From Planctomycetota bacterium (GTDB taxonomy: Bacteria > Planctomycetota > UBA11346): a DNA stretch of 64,000 nucleotides. The DNA lies in NCBI GenBank assembly GCA_038213805.1, contig JBBQSO010000015.1, positions 14,265 through 78,264 on the forward strand, read 5' to 3'. Positions 39,044-48,709 of the stretch are shown piece by piece. The position numbers were made by a program, and so were the translations under genes. Position 1 is the stretch's first letter; the number at the start of each line of letters is the position of its first letter. The notes below the pieces were generated by a model, which worked only from the letters and a program-made list of their open reading frames with translations, did not search any database and had not been told where the DNA came from.

Positions 39044-40573
39044 TTACTTCCCCCGCAGCACCGCGATCGCCACCGCGCACGCCGCCACGCTCGCGGCGAT
39101 CGTCCGCACCTTGCCCGGCTCCAGCTGCAGCGCCGCGATCAACAGCAACGCCGCCAGCAGCGCCTGCGAACGTTGCGCTGGCGCCGGCCGCGCTGCCAGC
39201 GCCTCGACGCGCTCCGGCAGCGCACGGTATGCCTTCCAGGTCTCCTGCAGATCCTGCCACCAGCGGCTGAGCTGGGTGCGCAGTCCGGTCAGGCCGGCGA
39301 GGCGCGGACGGATGAGGTCGAGCAGGTTGGTGCCGGGCACCAGCTCCATGCACACCCCTTCGATCAGACCGGTGGCGCGCGACAACATGATGGTGTGGCG
39401 CGGCAGCACCAGGCCGTCGATGCGCCGTAGGAATTCGGCGATCTTGGCGCTCAGCTCGGCCTCGCGGCGCGAACCCTTGAAGGTGGTCGGGCTGAGGTGG
39501 CCAAGGCTGGCGAAGACCTCGCGCGCCAGCACGCGCAGGTTTGCGAGGTCGGCGCCCGGCAGCACCCAGCCGAGCTTGGTGAGCAGGTCGACCATGCCGT
39601 CGGTGTCGTTGCGGCGCAGGCAGTCGAGGAAGTCGCGGTAGAGCGCGGCTTCGCGCCGGGTGATGCTCGAGGTCATGCCGAAGTCGATCAGCCACAGCTG
39701 CGGCCCTTGCGGCGCAGTGGTGTCGTAGATGAAGTTGCCGGCGTGCGGATCGGCGTGGAAGAAGCCCATCTCGAGCAGCATGTAGAGGAAACTCTCGATG
39801 ATCACGTCGGCCATGCGCCGGCGCTCGCGCTCGCCGAGCGGGCCGAGTTCGAGCATGCCCAGCGTGGTGCCGGCGGCATATTCCATGACCAGCACCTTCT
39901 CGCGGGTGTGCGGCCACAGCACTGCCGGCACGCGCAGTCCGCGTTCGGCCAGACCGGGGCGCAGGCGGTCGGCGGCACTGCCCTCGTGCAGGTAGTCCTG
40001 CTCTTCGCGACTGGTGCGCGAGATCTCCTCGTAAACCGTGATCAGCGGAAAGCCCGGCAACAGCAGCGCGAACAGGCGCACCGCCAGGCGCACCAGCCAC
40101 AGGTCGGCGGCGACGGTGGTGGCCAGTTCGGGATACTGGATCTTCACCGCCACCAGTCGCCCGTCGTCGGCCAGCCACGCACGGTGCACCTGGCCGAAGC
40201 TCGCCGCAGCCAGCGGCGTCTCTTCGATGCGCGCGAAGTGCTTGGCGGTGCGCCCCTCGTAGACCTCGTCCAGCACCGCGGCGACCACCGCGAACGAGCG
40301 CGCCGGCGCCTGGTCGCGCAGCGGCGCGCAGGCATCGACGTAGGCGAGCGGGAAGATATCCGGCCGCGACGCGATGTACTGACCGATCTTGATCATCAGC
40401 CCGCCATGGCGGCGTGCATGCGCAGCAACCAGTCGGCCTCCGGCGCGGTCGAGGCGGGTGCGCCAAGCGCGCGCACCGCGACGCGAGATGCGCTTCAGTT
40501 GCGCGATGATCAGGTACTGGATGCCGAGACGGGCGAGCAGCACCAGTCCAGCAAGACTGCGACGGAGGACCAT
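39044..40573 (-). CDS. ABC1/UbiB (AarF) family atypical kinase
   Basis: IKIGQ, PLAAASFGQVH, VAVKIQYP, FFHADPHAGN, LIDFGM; C-terminal TM helices. Start taken at ATG 40573. Confidence 0.9.
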   Translation of the reverse strand: MVLRRSLAGLVLLARLGIQYLIIAQLKRISRRGARAWRTRLDRAGGRLVAAHARRHGGLMIKIGQYIASRPDIFPLAYVDACAPLRDQAPARSFAVVAAVLDEVYEGRTAKHFARIEETPLAAASFGQVHRAWLADDGRLVAVKIQYPELATTVAADLWLVRLAVRLFALLLPGFPLITVYEEISRTSREEQDYLHEGSAADRLRPGLAERGLRVPAVLWPHTREKVLVMEYAAGTTLGMLELGPLGERERRRMADVIIESFLYMLLEMGFFHADPHAGNFIYDTTAPQGPQLWLIDFGMTSSITRREAALYRDFLDCLRRNDTDGMVDLLTKLGWVLPGADLANLRVLAREVFASLGHLSPTTFKGSRREAELSAKIAEFLRRIDGLVLPRHTIMLSRATGLIEGVCMELVPGTNLLDLIRPRLAGLTGLRTQLSRWWQDLQETWKAYRALPERVEALAARPAPAQRSQALLAALLLIAALQLEPGKVRTIAASVAACAVAIAVLRGK

Positions 40574-40634
40574 GTGCGGGTTGCCGGCCGCGCGGGCGCG
40601 GCCGGAGATCACTCCGTCTTGGGGTGGATGTGGT

Positions 40635-40865
40635 TCAGTGACCGGCGGTCGGCGCGGTCGGCGCGGCGGCCGCCGCGCCACCGGAGCTGCGCGCATCCGC
40701 CTTGTCGAGCGCCTCAAGGCCGGCCTTGAGGAAGTTGCGCGCCGCGCCACGCAGGTTGCGCGTCACATCTTTGCCCAGCACGCGCTCGCTGGCGGATTGT
40801 GCGGCCGCACGCAGATGCTCGTGGGCCTGGCGGAGATGAGTGGAGCAGTTCTGGTGGGTATCCAT
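40635..40865 (-). CDS. Small helical protein upstream of the ABC1 kinase
   Basis: 76-aa amphipathic ORF with GGAG RBS, co-oriented with the kinase. Confidence 0.55.
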   Translation of the reverse strand: MDTHQNCSTHLRQAHEHLRAAAQSASERVLGKDVTRNLRGAARNFLKAGLEALDKADARSSGGAAAAAPTAPTAGH

Positions 40866-41111
40866 GACGATGGTCTCCAAGGCGGGTGTCTATGGGACCA
40901 GCATAGGCGGCCCGGAGACGGCGCCAGCCTACGCAGGGCAGGGCTCGGCAGAGGCGAAGTGAGACCCCAGGCCGGAGCAGACCTGCGACCCGGGAATCCA
41001 GGCCGGAATGCGGCCGGTCCGGGGGACGATGAGGTTGGGGTCCGGTTTGCAGTGCGGGCGGGTCCGTGCTAAGCTTTACCGACCCTGCCCTGCCCGGGCG
41101 CTGGAGCTTCG

Positions 41112-42254
41112 ATGCCGTCTCGGGATCCCCTGCCACCCGGCCCCTTCCTGCTGCGCAGCGGCCGCATCGAGATCCGCGCCGCCAACGCCGTGGAGGTCTG
41201 CAGCGCCCTGGGGCTCGAACTCGCCGGGCGCCCTGCCGAGGTCATCGACCTGGTCAACGGCCGGACGGTGCCGGTGGCGTCCTTCCTGGCTGAGGCGCCC
41301 GCCGACGGTTCCACCACCGCCGGGCTCGAGGACCTGCTGCGCACCGACGGGGTCGAGGTGGCTTCGGCCTCCACGATCGCGGCCATGCCGGCCGCCACGC
41401 CGGAGCTGCGCCGGCCGGGCGTGGTCATCACCAGCCCGGGGCGTGGGCGCACGCCCGCGCCGGCGGTGGGCAATTCGTCGTCCAAACGTTCCCGCAGCAG
41501 CCAGCAGAGCCCCTTGCGTGGCCAGCGCGGCCACCTCGACGAGCGCCGGCCGGGATCGCGCGTGCCCTGGCTCGGCTTGCTCCTCGGCGGGGCCGGCGTC
41601 CTGCTGGTGGTGGTCTTCGTGCTGCTCATCGGCAGACGGCCGCCGCCGTCGCCCGCCGATCCGACGCCCCATGTCTCAGAGGAGTCGCATCCGCTCCAGG
41701 CCGTTGCCGAACCGCGCAAGGCGCCAGCGACCCCAGCGCCACACCCTGCCGTACCAGCAGCCGTGATTCCCATACCCGCTTCCGCCCCTGCCCCTGCCCC
41801 TGCCCCCGTCCCAGCGCTCCCGCTCGCTCCGCGCTGCCGTGCGACCGCCTCGTGGATATGGTCCACTGATCCCATCGCGGCGCTCAACGACGGCATCCTC
41901 CCCGCCAATTCCGCCGATACCCACGTGCCGCGCATGACCTGGTACGGCCACAGCGGCGACGCCGAGTGGGTGCAGTACGATTTCCCGCAGTCGGCCGTGG
42001 TCGACAGCGTCGACGTCTACTGGTTCGAGGACCGCCAGGGCTGCTTCCTGCCGGCCTCCTGGCAGGTGCTCTACCGCGACGGCGACGCCTGGAAGCCAGT
42101 GCAGGGCGCGCCTCCGGTCAGCACCATCGACTGCCTTAATCATTTCGCCTTCCCCCCGGTGACGACCACCGCCCTGCGCGTGGCCGTGGTCCTGCAGCCG
42201 GAGCGTTCCAGCGGGATCCTGGAGTGGCAGGTGGGCAGCCGCACGGCGCCCTGA
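41112..42254 (+). CDS. Membrane-anchored protein with Pro-rich linker and C-terminal discoidin/CBM-like domain
   Basis: TM (WLGLLLGGAGVLLVVVFVLLI), PAPAPA linker, ALNDG...EWVQYDF...VYWFED...PASWQV...VTTTALR. Confidence 0.75.
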   Translation: MPSRDPLPPGPFLLRSGRIEIRAANAVEVCSALGLELAGRPAEVIDLVNGRTVPVASFLAEAPADGSTTAGLEDLLRTDGVEVASASTIAAMPAATPELRRPGVVITSPGRGRTPAPAVGNSSSKRSRSSQQSPLRGQRGHLDERRPGSRVPWLGLLLGGAGVLLVVVFVLLIGRRPPPSPADPTPHVSEESHPLQAVAEPRKAPATPAPHPAVPAAVIPIPASAPAPAPAPVPALPLAPRCRATASWIWSTDPIAALNDGILPANSADTHVPRMTWYGHSGDAEWVQYDFPQSAVVDSVDVYWFEDRQGCFLPASWQVLYRDGDAWKPVQGAPPVSTIDCLNHFAFPPVTTTALRVAVVLQPERSSGILEWQVGSRTAP

Positions 42255-42320
42255 GCCCTGGACGGTCTCCGGCACCGGGGCTATTTCGGGGCGCGAGAGC
42301 ACGGCCGTCCTGCGCAAAGA

Positions 42321-42354
42321 CAAGAGCCGCAAGGATAATCCCTTGCGGCTCTTG
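42321..42354 (-). terminator. Perfect 14-bp hairpin downstream of rpsD, between convergent genes
   Basis: CAAGAGCCGCAAGG-ATAATC-CCTTGCGGCTCTTG. Confidence 0.7.
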
Positions 42355-42378
42355 CAGCGAAAACCGAGACCCGCCGAC

Positions 42379-42990
42379 TTACTTGGCGAAGAACTCGATG
42401 ACCTTCTGGATGTCGACCGGGAAAGGGACCTGCTCGGGGCCCGGCAGGGCCTCGACGGTCACGGCCAGGGTGTCGAGGTCGACCTTCAGGCCGCTCGGGC
42501 GCTCAAGGACGGGGCTGTTCACGGTCAGGCGCAGGTCCTCGCGATTGCGGGCGGACTCGCGGACCGAGAAGATCTGGCCGACCTTGATGTGCTGACCGGC
42601 GCTCTTGGCGCGGTGGCCGGCGAGCATCACGTGGCCGTGCGCCAGCAGCTGGCGGGCGGCCGGGATGGTGCGCGTCAGGCCAGCGCGCCAGACCAGGTTG
42701 TCGAGCCGCGACTCGAGCAGCGACAGCAGGTTGCGGCCGGTGTCACCGGGCAGGCCATAGGCCTTCTGGTAGAGCAGGCGCAGGCCACGCTCGGTCACGC
42801 CGTAGTGGTAGCGCAGCTTCTGCTTCTCGCGCAGGCGCAGGCCGAACTCGCTGACCTTGAACATGCGCTTGCCGGCGGCGGCGTGACCCGGGGGGTTGGG
42901 TCGGCGCGCGGCAGTCTTGGTGGTCAGGCCGGGCAGCTCAGTGCCGAGGCGGCGGATGATGCGAAGGCGGGGGCCGGTATAGCGGGCCAT
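42379..42990 (-). CDS. rpsD: 30S ribosomal protein S4
   Basis: MARYTGPR, PPGH, SEFGLRLREKQKLRYHYG, LESRLDN, ARQLLAHGH; AGGAG RBS. Confidence 0.95.
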   Translation of the reverse strand: MARYTGPRLRIIRRLGTELPGLTTKTAARRPNPPGHAAAGKRMFKVSEFGLRLREKQKLRYHYGVTERGLRLLYQKAYGLPGDTGRNLLSLLESRLDNLVWRAGLTRTIPAARQLLAHGHVMLAGHRAKSAGQHIKVGQIFSVRESARNREDLRLTVNSPVLERPSGLKVDLDTLAVTVEALPGPEQVPFPVDIQKVIEFFAK

Positions 42991-43360
42991 GCGACGGGCT
43001 CCTGGAGTCGGAACGAAGAAGAAGTGGCGTTGATCCCGGTGGGCCGGGCGCTTATCACGTTGGGCCGGGAAGAATGTGCCGCTCGCGCTGATTGCAAGGC
43101 AAAAGCTGCGGGCCCGATCTCCCTGCCAGGCTTCCTGACCCAATCCGGTCGGCACTGTGTCCGGCCGGGGTTCCTGCGCCACCCCCGGGGGGACTGCGCC
43201 GCCAGCCCGGTCACTAAGGAATGAAGCGATCGTTCGTGGGCAGGATGGCCCGCCTCCGCGCACTTCGCGGCGGTCCTCCACCCCAGCCGGCGTTGGGTGG
43301 ACAGGGGGTGCGCAAGGAAACGCCGCGGTCCACGTCATTCCGCCCGGATCAGCCACGCTA

Positions 43361-43369
43361 TGGTATAAT
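43361..43369 (+). promoter_or_regulatory. Extended -10 promoter
   Basis: TGGTATAAT (TGn-TATAAT) in a GC-rich background, ~70 bp upstream of the 43441 ATG. Confidence 0.6.
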
Positions 43370-43440
43370 AATCACTTGCCCGTTGTCTCGACCCCGCGAA
43401 GATCCCGCCGTTCATCTGATCTGCCATATGGAGTTCAAGT

Positions 43441-45255
43441 ATGCGCCTCGTCCCCGCCCTACTGGTGGTGTGCCTCTCGATACTTTCCCAGATCCCGACC
43501 ACGGTGATTGCGGATGGCGCTGAAGCCGGCGCCGACCCCAAGCCCGCGGGCGACGGTGCGGTCAAGCCCGCCGGCACCCCGGCCGAGACCCCTCCCCCGC
43601 GCCAGGTCGGCGAGCCCGACCAGGGCCGCGAGGCGGCGCGCCTGGTGATGAAGGGCAACGCGGCGATGATCGCCTCGAACGACGAGCCGAGCAAGAGCGT
43701 CGAGGCCGCGGTGTCCTTCAGCCAGGCCCTGCCCTACTACCAGCAGGCCGGCGACACCGACAAGATCTGCGAACTCGAGGCCAACATCTTCTGGTGCAAG
43801 AAGCGCATGGACATCGACGATGTGAAGCGCTTCGTCGCGACCAAGCATGGCGATGCCACCGTCACCGCCGCGCTCGCCACCGCCGATCAGGTGGCGAACA
43901 AACCAGTCGGCAAGGACGAGGGCAAAGCCTACTTCGACCGTGCCGCGAAATACGCGAAAGAGAACCCGGACGACGTCGACGCGATCTGCCGCCGCTGGTT
44001 CGAGGTGGCGCAGCGCTTCCCCGGCACCGACATCGGCATCAAGGCGCAGAACTTCAGCCTAGCCGCCCAGCAGAAGGCGATGGACGCCTACAAGGCCGAG
44101 AAGGAATCCGCCCGCCAGACGCTCTTCACCCGCCCCGCCAGCCTGCCTGCGGGCATCACCGCGGTCGAGCAGCCCTCGGCCGCCGACCAGAAGGCCTCGG
44201 ACCAGGCGCTGCACAAGCTTTACAAAGAGGATTTCGCCAAGCGCAAGCCCGGCCAGAAGCGCAGCCTGCTCAAGAAGCTCATGGAGCAGGCCCAGTCCAG
44301 CAAGGACGACAGCAAGATGCTGTGGGCGCTGCTCAGCTCGGCCACCGACGTGGCCATGGATCTGGGCGACTACTACGCGGTGATCACCACGTCCGATTTC
44401 ATGGGTGCTAGCTTCACCGGGGTCGACGCGAAAGCGCGCAAGAAGGCGGTCTTGAGCAAGGCCAAGGGCAAGGAGACCGTCAACGCCATCCTCAAGCTGC
44501 TCGACAATCCCGAGGACGCCGACGCCAACAGCGCGGTCGGCAAGCACTTCGCCCTCGAGGGCAACAGCTGGGAGCTGGGCCTGCCGCTGCTCGCGCACGG
44601 CTCCGACGCCGACTTCAAGAAGATCGCCGAGATGGAACTCGCCAAGCCGGCGGGTGCCCTGCAGCAGGTCGAGGTCGCCGACCGCTGGTACGACCTCGGC
44701 AAGAAGGGCCGCTCGCCGACCAAGGACGCGATGCTCAGCCGCTCCTTCATGTGGTACAAGGGCGCCCTGCCCGGCCTGACCGGTGTGACCAAGGACAAGG
44801 TCGCGCAGCGCCTCGAAGAGCTCGAGGGCCTGCTGCCGATGACCAACCTCGACTACAACAACCTCACCGAGAAGCAGTGGGAACGCCTCAAGGGCGCCGT
44901 CGTCCAGGTCTCGGCGAGCAAGGACCGCAACGATACCAACATGCGCCTGGTCCCGGGCGCGCGCCTGCGCGTGGTGCCCAACCCCAGCGACACCTGGACG
45001 CTGGACTACTACGGCGACCAGCTGACCAGCGACTTCAAGGGCTACCATCCCAAGAGCAAAAACGGCTTCTTCAGCTTCTACAGCTCGGGCGATCACCAGA
45101 TCGGTGCCATGGTGATGTTCATCGAGAACGGCACGCGCCTTTCGCCGGGCATCATCGAGGGCGACGGCCGCCTGTTCCTCGCGCCCTACACCAGCGACGG
45201 CGCGTTCGGCAAGGGCATCATCCGCGTCAAGATCATGCAGGTCGAGGACGACTGA
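43441..45255 (+). CDS. Secreted Lys/Asp-rich helical-repeat hypothetical protein
   Basis: Signal peptide, strong codon bias. PEDADANSAVG...WELGLPLLA.GSD...VADRWYDL segment resembles helical domains seen in planctomycete proteins. Confidence 0.78.
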   Translation: MRLVPALLVVCLSILSQIPTTVIADGAEAGADPKPAGDGAVKPAGTPAETPPPRQVGEPDQGREAARLVMKGNAAMIASNDEPSKSVEAAVSFSQALPYYQQAGDTDKICELEANIFWCKKRMDIDDVKRFVATKHGDATVTAALATADQVANKPVGKDEGKAYFDRAAKYAKENPDDVDAICRRWFEVAQRFPGTDIGIKAQNFSLAAQQKAMDAYKAEKESARQTLFTRPASLPAGITAVEQPSAADQKASDQALHKLYKEDFAKRKPGQKRSLLKKLMEQAQSSKDDSKMLWALLSSATDVAMDLGDYYAVITTSDFMGASFTGVDAKARKKAVLSKAKGKETVNAILKLLDNPEDADANSAVGKHFALEGNSWELGLPLLAHGSDADFKKIAEMELAKPAGALQQVEVADRWYDLGKKGRSPTKDAMLSRSFMWYKGALPGLTGVTKDKVAQRLEELEGLLPMTNLDYNNLTEKQWERLKGAVVQVSASKDRNDTNMRLVPGARLRVVPNPSDTWTLDYYGDQLTSDFKGYHPKSKNGFFSFYSSGDHQIGAMVMFIENGTRLSPGIIEGDGRLFLAPYTSDGAFGKGIIRVKIMQVEDD

Positions 45256-45282
45256 TCGCCCGCTGATTGCGTGCGCGCCCAG

Positions 45283-45319
45283 GGCGTTCCGGAGTGGCCA
45301 GCGGGCCTTCCGGAACGCC
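45283..45319. terminator. Hairpin downstream of the 43441 gene
   Basis: GGCGTTCCGGA...TCCGGAACGCC with inner GGCC/GGCC pairing; no strong U-tract. Confidence 0.45.
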
Positions 45320-45577
45320 TTGCCGTTTGTGAGCAGTCGCCGATCGCATCAGCGTGAGGGCTTTGCCGTCGAGGCGCAGCGCGGAAGGTGGGAGGCCGCA
45401 GTGGACGGCCGCGCAGGGAGTGCGATTCCTGAGGTTCAAGCCAGTGCTGCGTGCGCTGCGGTTCTTCTCCCCTTCCCTTCTGCGTCGCCTTTACGGCCTC
45501 GCTCCTCCACCGCTACATCTCTGCGGTGTGTCTGCACTGCCGTGGTCCGGCTGCCCGTGACTGGGACCAGGCAGGGC

Positions 45578-47830
45578 TCAGGCTGCGGCTGGCGCGGTGC
45601 GGCGCGGCAGCGAGGTGCAGATGACCAGACCGGCGAGACCGATGGCGAGCGCCACCGGCGCGGGCAGGTGGGCGATGGCAGATAGCAGGCGGTGCGCGGG
45701 CTCGGGCAGGACCTGGACGAGTGTATCGTGGTGGTCGCTGAGCAGCACGGCCAGCGCGTTGTGGCCGGCGTGCAGCAGGATCGCCGGCAGTAACGAGCGC
45801 GTGCGCAAAGTCAGCAGGGCGAGGAATATCCCGAGCGTGAACTGCGGCAGGAAGCGGTAGGGCGAGAGGTGCAGGGTGGCGAACAGGAACGCGGAGATCA
45901 GCACGCCGCCGGTGTCGCCCAGGCTGCGACGCAGGCCGGTGAGCAGGGTGCCCCGGCAGAGCAGCTCTTCGCAAATGCCGGGGATCACCGCCAGGCAGAG
46001 CAGCTCGACGAGCAGGCCGTTGCCGCGCAGGGCGGCCACCACTTGTTCAAGCATGCCGCTGCCAGCCGCGTCGGGCGGCGGCGCCGGCTGCAGGCTGCCG
46101 ATGGCGATGCTGGTGAGCACGGCAAAGGGCAGGGCGAACCCTGAGCGCAGCAGCCCGCTGGCCCGTGGCCAGGCGAGCTGCAGGAGTTCGCGCGCCCGAT
46201 AAGCACCAAGCCAGCAGTGCGCGAGCGCCGGCAGGGCGACGAACAGCAGCAGCGGGCCGGCGACGAACAGCGGCACCCACTGGTGTTGCCAACGCATGAA
46301 GGCGCCGGCGCCGAAGGTCATGCCGCCGACCGCGATGGCGAACACCGCCATGACCTCAAGGCCGTTCGGCAGTGGCTCGCCCAGGCCCCAGCGGCGGAAA
46401 CGTCCCCAGCCTGCGCGCACCAGGCCGGGATAACGAAAGCGCTCCGAGTCGAGCAGGCGCGCCGCCCAGCTCACCACCACCGCGGCCAGGGCCAGGCTCG
46501 CCGCCGAGGCCATGGCGAGGTGGAAGACCGGCAGCGCCGCACCGGCCAGGCTCTCTTTCAGCACCAGCACCGAACCCGTGATCGGCACCAGGTCCAGGAC
46601 CAGGCTCGGGCGCAGGTCGGGCGTTGCCGCCACGCCGGCCGCGACCATCACCACCAGCAGCAGCGGGCTGAGGTAGTTCTGCGCTTCCTTTGAGCTCGCC
46701 GCGAGCCCGGCCAGGGCCAGCGACAGCGCGGCCAGGGTGATGGTGATCGGCACCAGCACCAGGAAGCTGAGCAGCAGCGTGCCGCCGCCGACCGCGAGCA
46801 TGCCGGACACGCCCGCGCCGGCGCCGCCGGCGATTTGGCTACCGGCGAGGGCGGCGGTCAGGGCCAGCGACAGCAGGTTGAGGATCACCGAGATCGCCGC
46901 CGCTGCGCAGGTCACCAGCAGTTTGCCGAGGAAGATGTCGCGGCGCGCCACCGGCCACGACATCAGGCTCTCAAGGGTGCCGCGCTCGCGTTCGCCGGCG
47001 ATCAGGTCGAGCGCGGGGTAGAAGGCGCCGCTGATCGCCAACATCACCAGCAGCAGCGGGATCATCCCGGCGAGGCGCGTGCGGATCGATTCCGCCACCG
47101 GCGCGACCGTGACCACGCTGCGTTCGAGCGGGCGCAGCGCCTCTGCGCCGAGGCCGGCGGCACCCAGGCGCTCCACCACCAGGCCGCGGTGGTAATCCTC
47201 GAGGGCGCGTTCAACTGCGCGGCGCGCCTCCTCGACGTGGCGGTTGGCGTCGTCCGGGGCCAGCACCACGCGATTGGCGTCGCCGGTGCCGATCACCGCG
47301 ACCGCCAGGTCGTTGTCGCGCAGCAGGTCGAGCAGGGCGGTGCGCTCGGTCTCCTGCCGCGCGCGCAGGTCGAGGAGTTCGGGCGTGGGTGGCGGCGCGA
47401 TCGCGCCGGTGGCCGGCCGCTGGCGTTCCAGTTCGCGGGTCAGGCGGTCGAGTTCGAGGGCGTGCTGCTGCAGGGCCTCGCGCAGCGGCGGCGCGACGGC
47501 GATCAGCTCGGCCGCCGTGCGTGCCCGGGGCATGCCTGGGGCGCCCGCCGGCGTCTTTGCAGGGGTCTCGCGGGGCGCGTCGTCATCATCCTTGGGCGGC
47601 GCGACCGCGCGCGCCAGCGCGTCGCCGAGATGCGCAGGCACTTCGACGCCGGCGATGCGCGCCGGTTCGACGTGCTGGGCGCGGGTGAGCTGGATCATCT
47701 GCACGACGAACAGCGCGATCAGCGGATAAAGCAGCACCGGCAGGCCGATGTTGACGAACAGCGTGCGCTTGTCGCGCAGGATCTCGAGACCGTCCTTGCG
47801 GAAGATGTGCAGGATCAGGCGCAGGTTCAT
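45578..47830 (-). CDS. NatB-like ABC-2 permease fused to a CPBP (Abi) intramembrane protease domain
   Basis: EILRDKRTL, LDLIAGERERGTLESL, SSKEAQNYLSP, ICEELLCRG, FATLH, LLHAGHN. Confidence 0.88.
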   Translation of the reverse strand: MNLRLILHIFRKDGLEILRDKRTLFVNIGLPVLLYPLIALFVVQMIQLTRAQHVEPARIAGVEVPAHLGDALARAVAPPKDDDDAPRETPAKTPAGAPGMPRARTAAELIAVAPPLREALQQHALELDRLTRELERQRPATGAIAPPPTPELLDLRARQETERTALLDLLRDNDLAVAVIGTGDANRVVLAPDDANRHVEEARRAVERALEDYHRGLVVERLGAAGLGAEALRPLERSVVTVAPVAESIRTRLAGMIPLLLVMLAISGAFYPALDLIAGERERGTLESLMSWPVARRDIFLGKLLVTCAAAAISVILNLLSLALTAALAGSQIAGGAGAGVSGMLAVGGGTLLLSFLVLVPITITLAALSLALAGLAASSKEAQNYLSPLLLVVMVAAGVAATPDLRPSLVLDLVPITGSVLVLKESLAGAALPVFHLAMASAASLALAAVVVSWAARLLDSERFRYPGLVRAGWGRFRRWGLGEPLPNGLEVMAVFAIAVGGMTFGAGAFMRWQHQWVPLFVAGPLLLFVALPALAHCWLGAYRARELLQLAWPRASGLLRSGFALPFAVLTSIAIGSLQPAPPPDAAGSGMLEQVVAALRGNGLLVELLCLAVIPGICEELLCRGTLLTGLRRSLGDTGGVLISAFLFATLHLSPYRFLPQFTLGIFLALLTLRTRSLLPAILLHAGHNALAVLLSDHHDTLVQVLPEPAHRLLSAIAHLPAPVALAIGLAGLVICTSLPRRTAPAAA

Positions 47831-48627
47831 CGCGCGGCTTCCGGCGTGGTGGGCGGGGGCGCGGGCAGGCCCTGCGCTGCGGGCCCGGCCGCGGCCAGCG
47901 GCGTCAGCGGCGCGCCGATCAGGTCGTGCACCGCGGCTTCAAGCGCCTCGCCGCCGCCGAGCGTCGCCGGCGCGCCGTCGAAGACCAGGCGGCCGGCGCG
48001 CAGCACCAGCAGGCGATCGGCCATCAGCTCGACCTCGCGCAGCACGTGCGTGGCGATGACGATCAGGCGGCCCGGGCGCCGCGCCGCGCGCACCGCCTCG
48101 ACCACGTGGCGCGCGGCGATCAGGTCGAGTCCGGTGGTCGGCTCGTCGAGGATGAGCAGGTCGGGATCGGCGAGCAGGGTGCGCGCCAGGTTGATGCGCT
48201 GGAGCTGACCGGTCGACATGCCGTCGATGCGCTGATCGATGAAGGCGGCGAGGTCGAAGGTCTCGGCCATGGCCGCGATGCGCGCGGCGAGCGCGGCACG
48301 GTCGCGCAGGAAGAAGCCGCCGGCGTAGCCGAGCAGCTCGCGTCCGGTCAGGCGCGGGTAGAGGCGCGTGGTGGTCGACAGGTAGCCGAGCCGCGCACGC
48401 ACCTCCTCGGGCTGCAGGCGGGTGTCGAGCCCGTCGACCAGCACGCGGCCACGGTCCGGGGTGAGCAGGGTGGTGACCAGGCGCAGCAGCGTGCTCTTGC
48501 CCGCGCCGTTGGCCCCGACCAGGGCTGTGACGCCATCGCCGAGGGTCGCGCTGAGTCCATCGACCGCGCGCACTTCACCGCGACTGGGATCGAAGAACGA
48601 CTTGGCGACCGCGTCGAACACCAGCAT
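47827..48627 (-). CDS. NatA-like ABC transporter ATP-binding protein
   Basis: GANGAGKST, MSTGQLQR, ILDEPTTGLD, ATH; overlaps the permease start. Confidence 0.9.
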   Translation of the reverse strand: MLVFDAVAKSFFDPSRGEVRAVDGLSATLGDGVTALVGANGAGKSTLLRLVTTLLTPDRGRVLVDGLDTRLQPEEVRARLGYLSTTTRLYPRLTGRELLGYAGGFFLRDRAALAARIAAMAETFDLAAFIDQRIDGMSTGQLQRINLARTLLADPDLLILDEPTTGLDLIAARHVVEAVRAARRPGRLIVIATHVLREVELMADRLLVLRAGRLVFDGAPATLGGGEALEAAVHDLIGAPLTPLAAAGPAAQGLPAPPPTTPEAAR

Positions 48628-48709
48628 GGCCGGAGCATGGACCCGCCCGGCGGTGTTGCCAGGGGGCGGGGCTTCTCCCTCCCGCTCCCCCAGGCCCTAT
48701 CCTGTCCGC

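Noticed and set aside
45350..45530. Possible degenerate long inverted repeat/MITE between convergent genes
   Set aside because: The pairing is too patchy to distinguish from GC-rich background by eye.
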